In this document: one piece after another, positions 1-10,500 of the stretch
Layout of the letters: each line of letters begins with the position of its first letter
How positions within the stretch are numbered: the stretch's first letter is position 1
DNA from: Tortispora ganteri
Lineage: Eukaryota
Reading direction: 5' to 3'
Assembly: GCA_003707115.1 (NCBI GenBank)
Contig: PPNB01000014.1
Span: forward strand, 1-64,000
DNA: 64,000 nucleotides
Translations under genes and position numbers: made by a program
The notes under the pieces: generated by a model
Databases searched by the model: none
The model's input: the letters and a program-made list of their open reading frames with translations, nothing else
Told to the model about the DNA's origin: nothing

Positions 1-254
1 ACAATCTATGGAGTGTATGCTGATACCAGATTGCGGTTTTTACTAAATATATGCAGGCTGCAGCGGACAGTGTACCTTACTAATGTAGTCTCATACAAAT
101 AAGGGTAACCCACACGGCTGAGTTGTACATTGTGGGTTGTCATAACAACAGTAGATTTGCTTCTCTCGGAGGGTCAGTAGAGATGTTGTCGCCTATCATG
201 CATGATTCGTTCCTTCAGGAGCATTATAATCATCACGTACAACGGAACATTTTA

Positions 255-1991
255 ATGGCAGTGTCAAGACAAGTGCGTCTCGCATTTGTGCGGGCGTTTA
301 GAAAATCACGGCGGCGCAAAATTTTAGTTGTCCTCACTATCGTCTCATTAGGAATTTATTGGTTTAATGGACTAAGTTCTAGAACTCCATCCAAATATTT
401 AATTGACGCTTACTATTCAATCAGGCAGAAAGCTGACCCTTTTGACGGTAGTCAATATAAAGAGGGAGAAAATTGGAGAGAGCCGTTGCATTATAGCTGG
501 GATATGGATCTTCCAAGGATAGTGATCCCTCCGATTGAAGAACACGCTGCGATTGCCGTCTATTACGAATCAGATGACGAATATGCTACTGAATCGCTAG
601 CAAATCTTTGGAAACTACATGGGAATTCATTAGGATTTAAGCCAATCCTGGTTTCCTCATCAGATCTGAAGTCTTTTCGTTCATGTCCCGAAATATCTCC
701 TGAAGTTTCGCACTATATGACTTCTCAATATGTCTGTGCCATGGCATATGCTGGCACACACTGTGTAATGTCTTTGAGGACATTTTTTATTAGTGTTGGT
801 TCTGAGAATTTGGATTTGATTTCACCAGCGCAGTATATCAAAAACTTCCACTATGATTCTGTAGATGCGCAGCTCTTTGACGAAAACGATCCAATGACTG
901 CAGAAAGAAACACCGAAGATCATGAATATCCCTTGTATGATGCACCAAAATTATCTCGTTTTGAGAGAATTAGTAATGCTGAAAGTTTCATACTTCTAGG
1001 ATCTTCTAGCCTTGCTTATATGTATTTACATGGCTTGCACAAAGCTGCCAGTCCTAAAGACTTCGATTTTGAAGATTATATCACAAGCATTAATAATCTG
1101 GTTGATACTTCTCAACTGGCTGTTTATGACAACAGTATCATTTCAGCGAGGTACAAAACTATTAATGCTGAAACTTTGCCCGATCTAATCAATTCGCATC
1201 TGCATAGTGTCTTTCTTGAAAAAATTGAAGGAATTGAAGTGCTGGCTCCTGTTACGGACAAGAAATCCGTACTCGCCATACCTGCTTTTAATCTTGCAGA
1301 GCGGTTGGCACGGTGTCCTGGTGACGCCTTTGCTGAAGAATATATGTGCCCACCGAATATGGGCGGCTCTGGTAAATGTTTGAAATGTTCTCCTAGCTTG
1401 TCACTAACCATAACAAGTATTCCATCTTTTTCTGAAGCTAGGAAAAACTCTTTTGTGGTCGGGAATATCCCACATCCACTTATATATGGATATTTGCAAA
1501 ATGGCAAGACACCTTCAGTTGATGATGTGTTGGATATGCCTAGAAATGAGCTTACTCGTGTTATCTCCGAAGGGTTTCATCCACCGGCTCCGGACAATCA
1601 TCTGAATGGCAGTACTACCTCACATTGGTCTATACCCGGTATGCCTCCAATAGGAACAGGTATTAGTGGACGTTTGACCTACCTGAAAGCACACATATAT
1701 GATCAATTACAGAATCACACAGGACTTTGGCTTGATGGACACGATAACGACGATGATAACTATTACATCTGCAATATGCTGGGCTTCAGACTTGGTACTC
1801 ATTTTTCGGAACACAGATACTCCAAGGACGAAATAATCTACAACAACGCTCTGAAAGTTTTTCAGCATCCCGAAATGCATACAGTCAAGAGATCCATTGA
1901 AACATGGAGCGCCGCTGATACCGAATTGTGGAAATTTCTCACGTCTATACGACATCGTTCCACGATGGAATGGAGGCATGCTGATGAATAA
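255..1991 (+). CDS. Uncharacterised fungal type II membrane protein (start could be ATG 183, 198 or 255)
   Basis: Long ORF. From ATG 255 a basic tail (RKSRRRK) is followed by a hydrophobic segment (ILVVLTIVSLGIYWF) and a large ectodomain with a Cys cluster (CPGD..CPPN..CLKC). No family confidently recognised. Confidence 0.7.
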   Translation: MAVSRQVRLAFVRAFRKSRRRKILVVLTIVSLGIYWFNGLSSRTPSKYLIDAYYSIRQKADPFDGSQYKEGENWREPLHYSWDMDLPRIVIPPIEEHAAIAVYYESDDEYATESLANLWKLHGNSLGFKPILVSSSDLKSFRSCPEISPEVSHYMTSQYVCAMAYAGTHCVMSLRTFFISVGSENLDLISPAQYIKNFHYDSVDAQLFDENDPMTAERNTEDHEYPLYDAPKLSRFERISNAESFILLGSSSLAYMYLHGLHKAASPKDFDFEDYITSINNLVDTSQLAVYDNSIISARYKTINAETLPDLINSHLHSVFLEKIEGIEVLAPVTDKKSVLAIPAFNLAERLARCPGDAFAEEYMCPPNMGGSGKCLKCSPSLSLTITSIPSFSEARKNSFVVGNIPHPLIYGYLQNGKTPSVDDVLDMPRNELTRVISEGFHPPAPDNHLNGSTTSHWSIPGMPPIGTGISGRLTYLKAHIYDQLQNHTGLWLDGHDNDDDNYYICNMLGFRLGTHFSEHRYSKDEIIYNNALKVFQHPEMHTVKRSIETWSAADTELWKFLTSIRHRSTMEWRHADE

Positions 1992-2011
1992 TATAATGAA
2001 GCTCTGCTTTC

Positions 2012-2707
2012 CTAATTCTGAACTCCATAAAAAGATTTGAAGGCTTCTTCGAAATTAGACGATGTATGGTTTGCATTTTGATAATAGTTGTTGAATGCAT
2101 TAAAGCTCTGCATCAGGTTGACAGGGAAAACGGTGCTATTCCCTTCTGGCACTACCAATTGAAGTATTTCAATAGGAATTTCGGTAGAATTAACCAGCAG
2201 TTTGGACAACTTAGTTAATTTAGCTTTTCTGAAGAGATCGGCGTAAACGGGTGTGAGGAGATTTTCGAGACGTTTCTCGGCCAAAATTGCATTTTTACGG
2301 TATCTAGCGCCATCCGTATTACACAAAGTGTTTTTCTGATGAAATACTTCGTGAAAGAAGGATCTCCAAGTCACCTTCCTACATTTTTGGTCGGTGTTAT
2401 CTTGAACATATAGGTTCAACACTCTATTTTGTAGATGTAACGAATGTGCAGTTAATATCCACCTTATCAAAGTTTCCGCTGTGCTGCCTTTGGAGTCTGG
2501 AAGTCCTATCTGTTTAAGCAAATTTAGATCTGTCAAGTTTAAATGTGTGGATATCTCTTGCGTTTCGGTGGTATTTAAACGTTCGTACGTCTGTGGCTCT
2601 AACTCATGCGCACATTCCTCTATTGTCAGATCTCTGCTTCTTAAAGGCGCAGAACTGACTTGTACTAATATCATTAATATGGCGATGAATTTGTGTATTG
2701 CACACAT
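2012..2707 (-). CDS. Hypothetical secreted glycoprotein
   Basis: 231-aa ORF with a signal-peptide-like N-terminus (KFIAILMILVQVSSA-P) and several N-x-S/T sites. Confidence 0.65.
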   Translation of the reverse strand: MCAIHKFIAILMILVQVSSAPLRSRDLTIEECAHELEPQTYERLNTTETQEISTHLNLTDLNLLKQIGLPDSKGSTAETLIRWILTAHSLHLQNRVLNLYVQDNTDQKCRKVTWRSFFHEVFHQKNTLCNTDGARYRKNAILAEKRLENLLTPVYADLFRKAKLTKLSKLLVNSTEIPIEILQLVVPEGNSTVFPVNLMQSFNAFNNYYQNANHTSSNFEEAFKSFYGVQN

Positions 2708-2996
2708 TTGGTAGGTATTGTTAATTGATTATCAAAAGCACACCTATTTAAAGTAATCTAGATCAAGCACCCTACAAAAGGGTCTTTAGAGCCCTTTAGG
2801 GTACTTGAGTAATTTATATAATATTTCACTTCTAGCTCATCATCAAGCTAATATGAGACTAGATAGGAAAGTAAAGCTGCTAAACGATGTTATTATTCCT
2901 CTTGGTGTTCTCATCTTTATAGTAGGCGCGATTATGATTTTAGTCTAGCACTTTGGGACTCTAGAGTAAACTTGTCGTTTGCCATGATATAAAACC

Positions 2997-3362
2997 ATGG
3001 AGGAATTATCTGCAGGCTTGAACAAGCATACGCTCTACATTAAAAATATAAATGATAAAATAAAAAAGGACGAGTTAAAGCGGAGTCTATACATGCTGTT
3101 CTCTGTATGCGGATCCATCGTGAAAGTTATAGCAGTTAAAGGTTCGAAGATGAAAGGACAGGCGCACATCATCTTCAACAGTGAAGCCTCTGCTACTATT
3201 GCGATGACCAAATTTCAAGGGATATTGTTTTACGACAAGAAATTGATAATAGACTATGCACGAAAGCCTTCGATAATAATTCGTGACACACGAGGCGGAA
3301 AAAGTAAAAGACCTTTGGACGACTTCTTCGATCCACCAGCTACGCGGATAAAGATGAGATAG
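2997..3362 (+). CDS. MSL1: U2 snRNP B''/U1A-family single-RRM protein
   Basis: TLYIKNINDKIKKDELKRSLYMLFS...KMKGQAHIIF is the U1A/U2B'' RRM1 signature. The short single-RRM form resembles yeast U2B''. Confidence 0.8.
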   Translation: MEELSAGLNKHTLYIKNINDKIKKDELKRSLYMLFSVCGSIVKVIAVKGSKMKGQAHIIFNSEASATIAMTKFQGILFYDKKLIIDYARKPSIIIRDTRGGKSKRPLDDFFDPPATRIKMR

Positions 3363-3733
3363 TGCTTATTAAGCACTTTTTGGATAATACAAACAAGATA
3401 CTAATAATGTACGTATTACTCTTAACAAAATATGATTGTACACTTCGTATAGCTCTATGAGAAGATCATTCTACTATATATGCAGCGTAGCCGATTAGGA
3501 TTGTTAAGGTAAACTATGAAGTCTAAAGTTGCACCGGGTAATTACTTTAGCCAATGAACGCTAATGAAAACCAGAATTATTTCCACTCGTTCGAGGTCCA
3601 TTATACGAGAACTCTATATTTTAAATCTTTGCCTCACTTCTATTTGCCCTCTTTACCATATCCTTTACTTTCTCCGTTTCTATCATCGCAGCTCTTCCTA
3701 TATATCGCCTCATATTACTAATAGCACTTAATC

Positions 3734-4546
3734 ATGGAACTCAGATCGGCGAAACATACGACAGCTACTAGCTCCAGAAAAAGAGTCAAACTTGACATTA
3801 TGAAAACAGATGCCACACCTGACGTAAGACCAGTATTCACGCCAACCGGGCACCAAACTCCTGATATTTCGACGCCGGACTTATCTGAAGGCGTTTACAG
3901 CGATGAAGATAGTGAAGGTATTCTCAGTCCTGTTGCTGGCACTTGTTCGGGGATATTTGATTCTTCGATGTTTGAAGATATGCTTAACCCTCCGGAACTA
4001 CCTATTCCTGATTTTTTCGATCAAGCTGGGCGACGGTCAAAACGTGATGATTCAGCTGTTAATAACGAGTCAATAATCACTCCGTCTAGTGTAGCTGAAG
4101 CAGCAAAACTGGATCCTGAAAATCTATCAAAATCAACATCATTACCTAGCTCTGAATCAAGCACTAAGGTACGGCCTTCTTCAGATGATATATTAAAGCA
4201 GTTTTTAGAGGATGAAGAAGACGGAGTGGATTCTATTGCTTTTACGTCTGAATCATCTTTGATGGACAATTTCCCGACAGTTCCTGTAGGTCGATACCGG
4301 AAACATTCGATACTATTACGAAATGCTTTAGAGTGTTCTGTTCGTGTCAGGGCTGCTCGCGAAGCGGAATCAGGAAGAAGAGGCACCAAACTACAATTTC
4401 TATTACCGGCAGATTTATCTGATTGTGCGGCGTACAGCGAATTTCTCACGCTATGCGGTCTAAAGAAATCTAGCATCAGAAGCGGTACGGCCTCGGCGAT
4501 GATGATCAGCGATCCTCTCCCCGATTCAGGCTACTCATCCGATTAG
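3734..4546 (+). CDS. Hypothetical Ser/Asp-rich protein
   Basis: 270-aa ATG ORF filling a gene-sized gap. NLS-like RKRVK; otherwise low complexity. Confidence 0.6.
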   Translation: MELRSAKHTTATSSRKRVKLDIMKTDATPDVRPVFTPTGHQTPDISTPDLSEGVYSDEDSEGILSPVAGTCSGIFDSSMFEDMLNPPELPIPDFFDQAGRRSKRDDSAVNNESIITPSSVAEAAKLDPENLSKSTSLPSSESSTKVRPSSDDILKQFLEDEEDGVDSIAFTSESSLMDNFPTVPVGRYRKHSILLRNALECSVRVRAAREAESGRRGTKLQFLLPADLSDCAAYSEFLTLCGLKKSSIRSGTASAMMISDPLPDSGYSSD

Positions 4547-5189
4547 GCATTATCTCAGCGTGTGAGTTTCTTATTTTTATGTCACTTTCTATAACCAAGA
4601 GAAAGGGGCAACAAAACATCGGGTTACAATAAAGGCACCCGACAGTTTTATTCACTTTGCATCTATTTGTTTTTGGGTACAGGGCATAATTTTCACAGAG
4701 AGTGTGAGCTACAACATTGGAAACGGAAATTTGTATTAACGACCTATTCGCTGTCTAGGTTTTGTTGGTATATTCGTGAACTGTAAGGTTATATATGTAT
4801 GTTTTGATACGTATTTTCTTAGCCATTGATCGTAATCTGGCAGCTGACTGAAGAGAAAGTTAGTTCCTTTTTTCATTGTTACAAATTTTAATTATTCATT
4901 TAACTGTCTAACTGTAAATATTGGTGTTCCCTTATTAGGCAAAATGAAATAGAGAAAGATTGAGTTTAACGTTAATGTGAAGAGTTCAGCCGTTTTCTAA
5001 TTTGGGCCTCGGTTAGTTAATTTTGAATGTCAATACGTATATTTTGCACTACACAAAGCTTTTTTTTCAGATAGTACAATCACTATTTTTGGTCCATTGT
5101 CGATATCTTGTATTTTGCTGCTAATCTAAAATCCTTTTGGTCTATTTTGAGCTTATCTGGGAATACCTTGATGACCACATCCATTCTCT

Positions 5190-6953
5190 ATGAAAACTCA
5201 TTTACACCTACGCAAACGATCGATTGAATCGCTATCTCTCACCAGTACCAGCACAAGTATTCAGCCTCGGAATTCCATCAATGTTATTGATAAACAGCCT
5301 TCGCGTATTAATTTTGATCCCTTATTTACATCACCGAATCATAGAAGCGACGTTGCATCTTTCGATTCCGAGAAGTCCACTGGCTCGTATGAACGAACGC
5401 TGAGAAAGTTGAAGAATAGACATATTCAACTGATAGGTATAGGGGGTACAATTGGTACTGCTCTTTTTGTCAGTATTGGGTCAGCATTGCAAAAGGGTGG
5501 TCCTGGTTCTCTTTTTCTAGGTTTCAGTCTTTGGTCTATCGTTATTCTCATGCTCACCAACAGTATCGCCGAAATGGTCACCTACCTGCCTATTTCGTCT
5601 CCATTTATAACGTTAGCTGGAAGATGGGTCGACGAAGCTTTCGGTGTAATGGCTGGCTACAACTATTTCCTCTTTGAGGGATTCCTTATTCCTTTTGAAA
5701 TTGTGGCTGTTAATTCAATTCTTCATTACTGGATTTCTGGCTATAGCCCGGCCATTACTATATCTGTGCAATTGGTACTGTATTTTCTCATTAATATATT
5801 TGCAGTTAATTATTATGGAGAAACAGAATTCTGGCTTTCTCTTTCGAAAGTTGTGCTAGCCATCGGATTGCTGTTTTTCACGCTGATAGTCATGTGCGGC
5901 GGTAACCCGGAGCACGATGCGTTTGGATTCCGATACTGGAATAATCCTGGGTCATTCGCTGAGCTCTATGAAACTGGCAGTCTTGGTCGCTTTCTTGGAT
6001 TTTTTGCATGCTATATTCAGGCAGCCTTCACTGTGGCTGGACCTGACTATGTCGCTATGTCTGCTGGAGAAGCCGAAAATCCACGGAAAGTCATGCCTAG
6101 AGCTTTCAGATCTGTAGCATGGAGGCTGCTAGTATTTTTCTGCCTTGGCGCTCTATCTGTTGGTATTCTGGTCCCATATACTTCACCTGAGCTTGCAGAG
6201 GCCCTTCAATCTGGCGCGCCCGGTGCAGCTGCATCACCGTACGTCATTGCCATGAACCAGCTGAACATTCCGTTCTTACCCAATCTGGTCAATGCTCTCG
6301 TCCTTCTGAGTGCTTTCTCTGCCGGAAATTCATACACATATTGTGCATCTAGAAGTCTTTATGGCATGGCACTAGAAGGGCGTGCTCCTGCGCTGTTCAA
6401 AAAATGCACTAAGAAAGGCGTTCCTATAATAGCAGTGCTGACCTCACTGTCATTCGGACTGTTATCGTTTTTGCAGTTATCTGAGAGCTCAGCTGTTGTA
6501 CTTCAGTGGATTGTAAATTTATGCACTGCTTCGCAACTTATTAGCTTCTCGGTCATCTCGACAACATATTTGCGTTTCTTCTACGCTTTGAAAGCGCAGG
6601 GTATCTCGCGTGATACGCTACCTTACAAAGGTATATTCCAGCCTTATTGTGGATTCATTGCACTGAGTTTCACTTTTGTTATGACATTTGTCTCAGGTTA
6701 TTCTGTTTTTCTTGAAGGGAATTGGAATGTGCCTACTTTCCTGTTCAGCTACATGATGATATTCGTCGATATAGCTGTCTACAGTGCCTGGAAGTTGCTG
6801 CGCCGCCCGAAGCTCATACATTTGAAAGAAATCGATTTATACATGGATAAACAAGAAATCGATGATTATTGTGAACAATTTGCTGCAGAAGAGGCACTGA
6901 AACCACCGCCTCCTAAAATTGTGCAAATGCTCACTTATATTTTCTGCCGATAA
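5190..6953 (+). CDS. AGP2: APC-family amino acid permease (Agp2-like)
   Basis: RKLKNRHIQLIGIGGTIGTALF, YGETEFW and AGEAENPRK motifs; about 12 hydrophobic segments. Confidence 0.85.
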   Translation: MKTHLHLRKRSIESLSLTSTSTSIQPRNSINVIDKQPSRINFDPLFTSPNHRSDVASFDSEKSTGSYERTLRKLKNRHIQLIGIGGTIGTALFVSIGSALQKGGPGSLFLGFSLWSIVILMLTNSIAEMVTYLPISSPFITLAGRWVDEAFGVMAGYNYFLFEGFLIPFEIVAVNSILHYWISGYSPAITISVQLVLYFLINIFAVNYYGETEFWLSLSKVVLAIGLLFFTLIVMCGGNPEHDAFGFRYWNNPGSFAELYETGSLGRFLGFFACYIQAAFTVAGPDYVAMSAGEAENPRKVMPRAFRSVAWRLLVFFCLGALSVGILVPYTSPELAEALQSGAPGAAASPYVIAMNQLNIPFLPNLVNALVLLSAFSAGNSYTYCASRSLYGMALEGRAPALFKKCTKKGVPIIAVLTSLSFGLLSFLQLSESSAVVLQWIVNLCTASQLISFSVISTTYLRFFYALKAQGISRDTLPYKGIFQPYCGFIALSFTFVMTFVSGYSVFLEGNWNVPTFLFSYMMIFVDIAVYSAWKLLRRPKLIHLKEIDLYMDKQEIDDYCEQFAAEEALKPPPPKIVQMLTYIFCR

Positions 6954-7057
6954 CTTCGAGTTGGGACCCTCTCTTCCTCCGACCGTACCACACCACACCA
7001 ACACCACCTGTAAAATACACAGACCGCTGCGGCAAAACTCTTTTCTGCAACGCCTCA

Positions 7058-7321
7058 ATGGCTTCAAAAGGTACGCAAAATAGATCAAATACAATTATTA
7101 GTGAATAAACCTCCTCTCTAACTGTTTCTCTAGCAAAAGCTCGCACTGTAGTGGCAATCCTTAAATCTTCCGCGAATACTGGCTACCAGAGATCTGTCAG
7201 AATCCCTCGCCAGTCTCCGCCTTTCACGCAAATTAGATACGATCCCAAAGTTGGACGTCGAGTGTTGTTCGAAGAGGTCAAAAAGCGCAAAATTCCAGAT
7301 CATCTTCTCAGACGATCGTAA
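7058..7321 (+). CDS. MRPL39: Mitochondrial ribosomal protein bL33m; two exons, 7058-7070 and 7134-7321, 66 aa
   Basis: Manual splicing gives MASKAKARTVVAILKSSANTGYQRSVRIPRQSPPFTQIRYDPKVGRRVLFEEVKKRKIPDHLLRRS, with L33 motifs (S..TGY, YDP.V.R.VLF.E). Not in the ORF track. Confidence 0.9.
7071..7133 (+). other. Spliceosomal intron of MRPL39 (63 nt)
   Basis: GTACGC donor, CTCTAAC branch point, TAG acceptor. Removal restores the frame. Confidence 0.85.
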
Positions 7322-7598
7322 TTCATGTTCCGTTCTACCTTTTTTACTATCGTGCTTCCCTGATTAGTGGCCTGCACCATTTTTTCAAATGGTTTTCCGG
7401 TTGCCACTACGGGCTCGTCTACCTTCTATGCACGCTTTTGTGCATATTGGTTCATCTTAGCTGCCTAAATATGTATATACACATTCAATTTAAGATCTAT
7501 AGCTTTCCACACGTGGTTATGGCCTCGGTGCGTAAAAAAAACCTTGCTCCCACAATCATCCGCTTACTCTTTGTCTCACCGACGCGTTGCGCTGTTAA

Positions 7599-10500
7599 AT
7601 GGTTCAATCACTATTCACTTACTACTATGCGAACGATACAAAAAAAATTCAGGAAATATTATCTGCGGCCACAACTTCCAAGCGAGATTTACGTGATATT
7701 GTAAATAAAAAGGATCAACGTGGTCGATCTCTTCTCCATATAGCTTCCTCTGAAGGCCGATTAGACATAGTCAAACTTCTTCTATCTTGCAAGCACACTA
7801 ACATTCTCGCATCGGATGCTGAAAGCGGCTGGACCGCGCTGCATCGAGCTCTCTATGCTGGTCATATAGATATAGCGCAGACTCTCATTGCACATTCACC
7901 CTCAATAATCAAGCAGAAAGATAAAGAAGGCCTATCACCTTCTGAACTCTATAATCTTTCAATACCTGGAACTGCTCCTCTAACATCTATTCAGCAATTT
8001 CCCGTAGGATCCGATGTTTACACCTTTGGTGCTAACATGAACGCGAATCTTGGAGTTGCCGATTCAGACGATAGATCTTTTCCAGAGCGCGTCTCGCTTC
8101 ACAGAAATTTAGACCAAAATATCCCTGCCGTTGAGAAGTTCATTGGTCATAAAATAAAAGTAGTTCGCATGTCAAAGCTACACTCTGCTATTCTTACCAC
8201 TGATACTGGGAATAACCTATTCGTTTGTGGAATAGGCTCTTCAGGACGCCTTGGCTTGGGAAGCCTGGCAAACGCCTCTCTAACATATATACAGTCTCAG
8301 TTTACGCAAGTACCTTTGCAAGATGTAGCTACAGTTGCCCTTGGGCGCGATCACACAGTGGCTACCACCACATCGGGGCATTGCTATACCTGGGGTTTGA
8401 ACTCCAACGGCCAACTGGGCTATCCTATATCGCATTGCTTCTCTTCGTCGCTATCGCCTTCTTCTGCATCTGCTACGTCGACAACATCGTTCAATCCTTC
8501 ACCGAGGCGCGTTACAGGTGCGTTGAAGAAAGTAACTATCAAAGGAGCTGCCGCCTCTTCTATACACACAATGGCATTTTCCGACGACTGTGAGTTATTT
8601 GCCTGGGGAACCAATATTGGACAGATGGGGTTTAAATCTACCGATCACGGCTTACAGGGCCCGATTGAACACCTTCCAAGAAAAGTTCACACTTTTAAGT
8701 CAAATATATCCTCGTTATCTGTTTCTGACCGCTGCTCTTTGTGCTTACTTGATAACGGTGAAGCATGGGTGTTTTATGACTACTCATATCATCGTGTTCT
8801 GCTACCTGGCCCTTTGAGTGATACGGAATCGAATAATATCACTATATTTCGTCCTAAATTTCTATACTCCACAGCACCAATTGTGAAGATTGCGGTATCG
8901 GGATCATATATCGCGCTTCTAGACTCCAATGGAGATATATACGCTGCATGTGTTTCTAATGCATCACGCTTGCACTTAAAATCAATTCAAGCCACAAAAA
9001 TATGGGCTCATAGACGTGAGCATTTAAAAGCGCAAGCTATCGATATAGCTAAAGATGGCTCCGTTATACTCTGCACGTTATCTGGTGCAGTTTGGAAGAG
9101 TAGCAAATGTGTTTATAATGTTTTAAATAACTCAAAGAGGATCCCAAAGTATATGCGAGTTAATGGGATATCAAGGGCTGTCTCAGTCGCCTGCAGTGCG
9201 GCATTCACATCTTTCGCTGTCGTGGTTTCTGAGAGTAAGCCTTTGCCGATTTTTTCGCCGACCAGAACTCTTCAAAGCGAACTTCTAAGTTCATACTACC
9301 GAACTTGGGATTTATCATTTCCTACACCAGATATCGAATATCTAAAAGAACTCATAATCCAAGACCCTTCTGCTTTAGGTCACAAAATTGATGGGACTGA
9401 ATCTGGACATTCTTCATTATCTTTGACCCATGATTCTTTAGCTGATTTTGCTCAATCATACGCCTCGTTTTTGCTAAACAAGTGTTGTCTAAGTACAAAA
9501 GTATGTGATAATTTTGATTCTGATCTTACTCTAAAATCAGAATGCTCTACACTCTTTGAAATACCAATCAATCGCTTTATCCTATCTCTTTGGTCTGAAC
9601 CCTTGAAACTCATATTCGCTAACAATGAGCGATTGACTACAGATAGTATTGATTTTATTCCATCGGAAATGAAATCAATTTTAATTTTGAGATTTAGTCC
9701 TCAATCACTATGTATATTAGCATTTTTTGTACATAGTGGTCTTGTGCCGCCGGTTTTCCGGCGCGATCGCCCCGAAGCCGGTTCACAACAATTAGTTCAA
9801 TGCAAGAAAGAACTAACACTTATGGCTGAACTTTTTGATATCCCTGAACTTACTCAAGGCATTCAGCGTGCAGATTTTTCAAGCCTGCCCTCTAAGCTTC
9901 AGTCAATTTGTCCAACCGCAGTTGATATCCCTGAATTTTGTGACGTAACGATTCTTTTAAAAGACTATTCCATAGCTTGCAACTCTCTCATTATGGGTGC
10001 CAGATCCTCCTTTTTTTCTACCGTTATCTCACAGTCTTGGAATGGCAATAAACGCAAGATGATAGACTTAAGTCATATACTTTGGTCATCTTTCAAACCT
10101 GTACTCATGCACATATATGGCTACACAGATATTCCCTTAATGCTGCGTGATGTTACGGCTAGAAACTTGAAAGAATTGATCGTAAGCATATTTGACATTA
10201 TTTCTGTGGCGTCCGAGCTGCTATTATTTCCTCTGTCTCAAAGTTTACAGGCATTTTTATTGAAATACCTGTCTCTTAGGTACGCACTATATATGCTAAT
10301 ATATGCAGATTACTATCATGCATATGCATTAAAAAAGTCTCTACTTATATATATTTCTCAAAACACTGAAGCGCTCCTTTTGAATGAAAAGTCAGGGAAC
10401 TTATCAGATTTGGATATATGGGATGAACTTCACGATACTATCGTTGAGCAACAGCGAATAGCATTTCCCCTGAGTCGGGGAACAGAGGTATTTGCCCATA

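Noticed and set aside
6931..7146. 71-aa minus-strand ORF with a NUDIX-like RETVREE segment
   Set aside because: It starts with GTG and is antisense to the real MRPL39 gene and its promoter.
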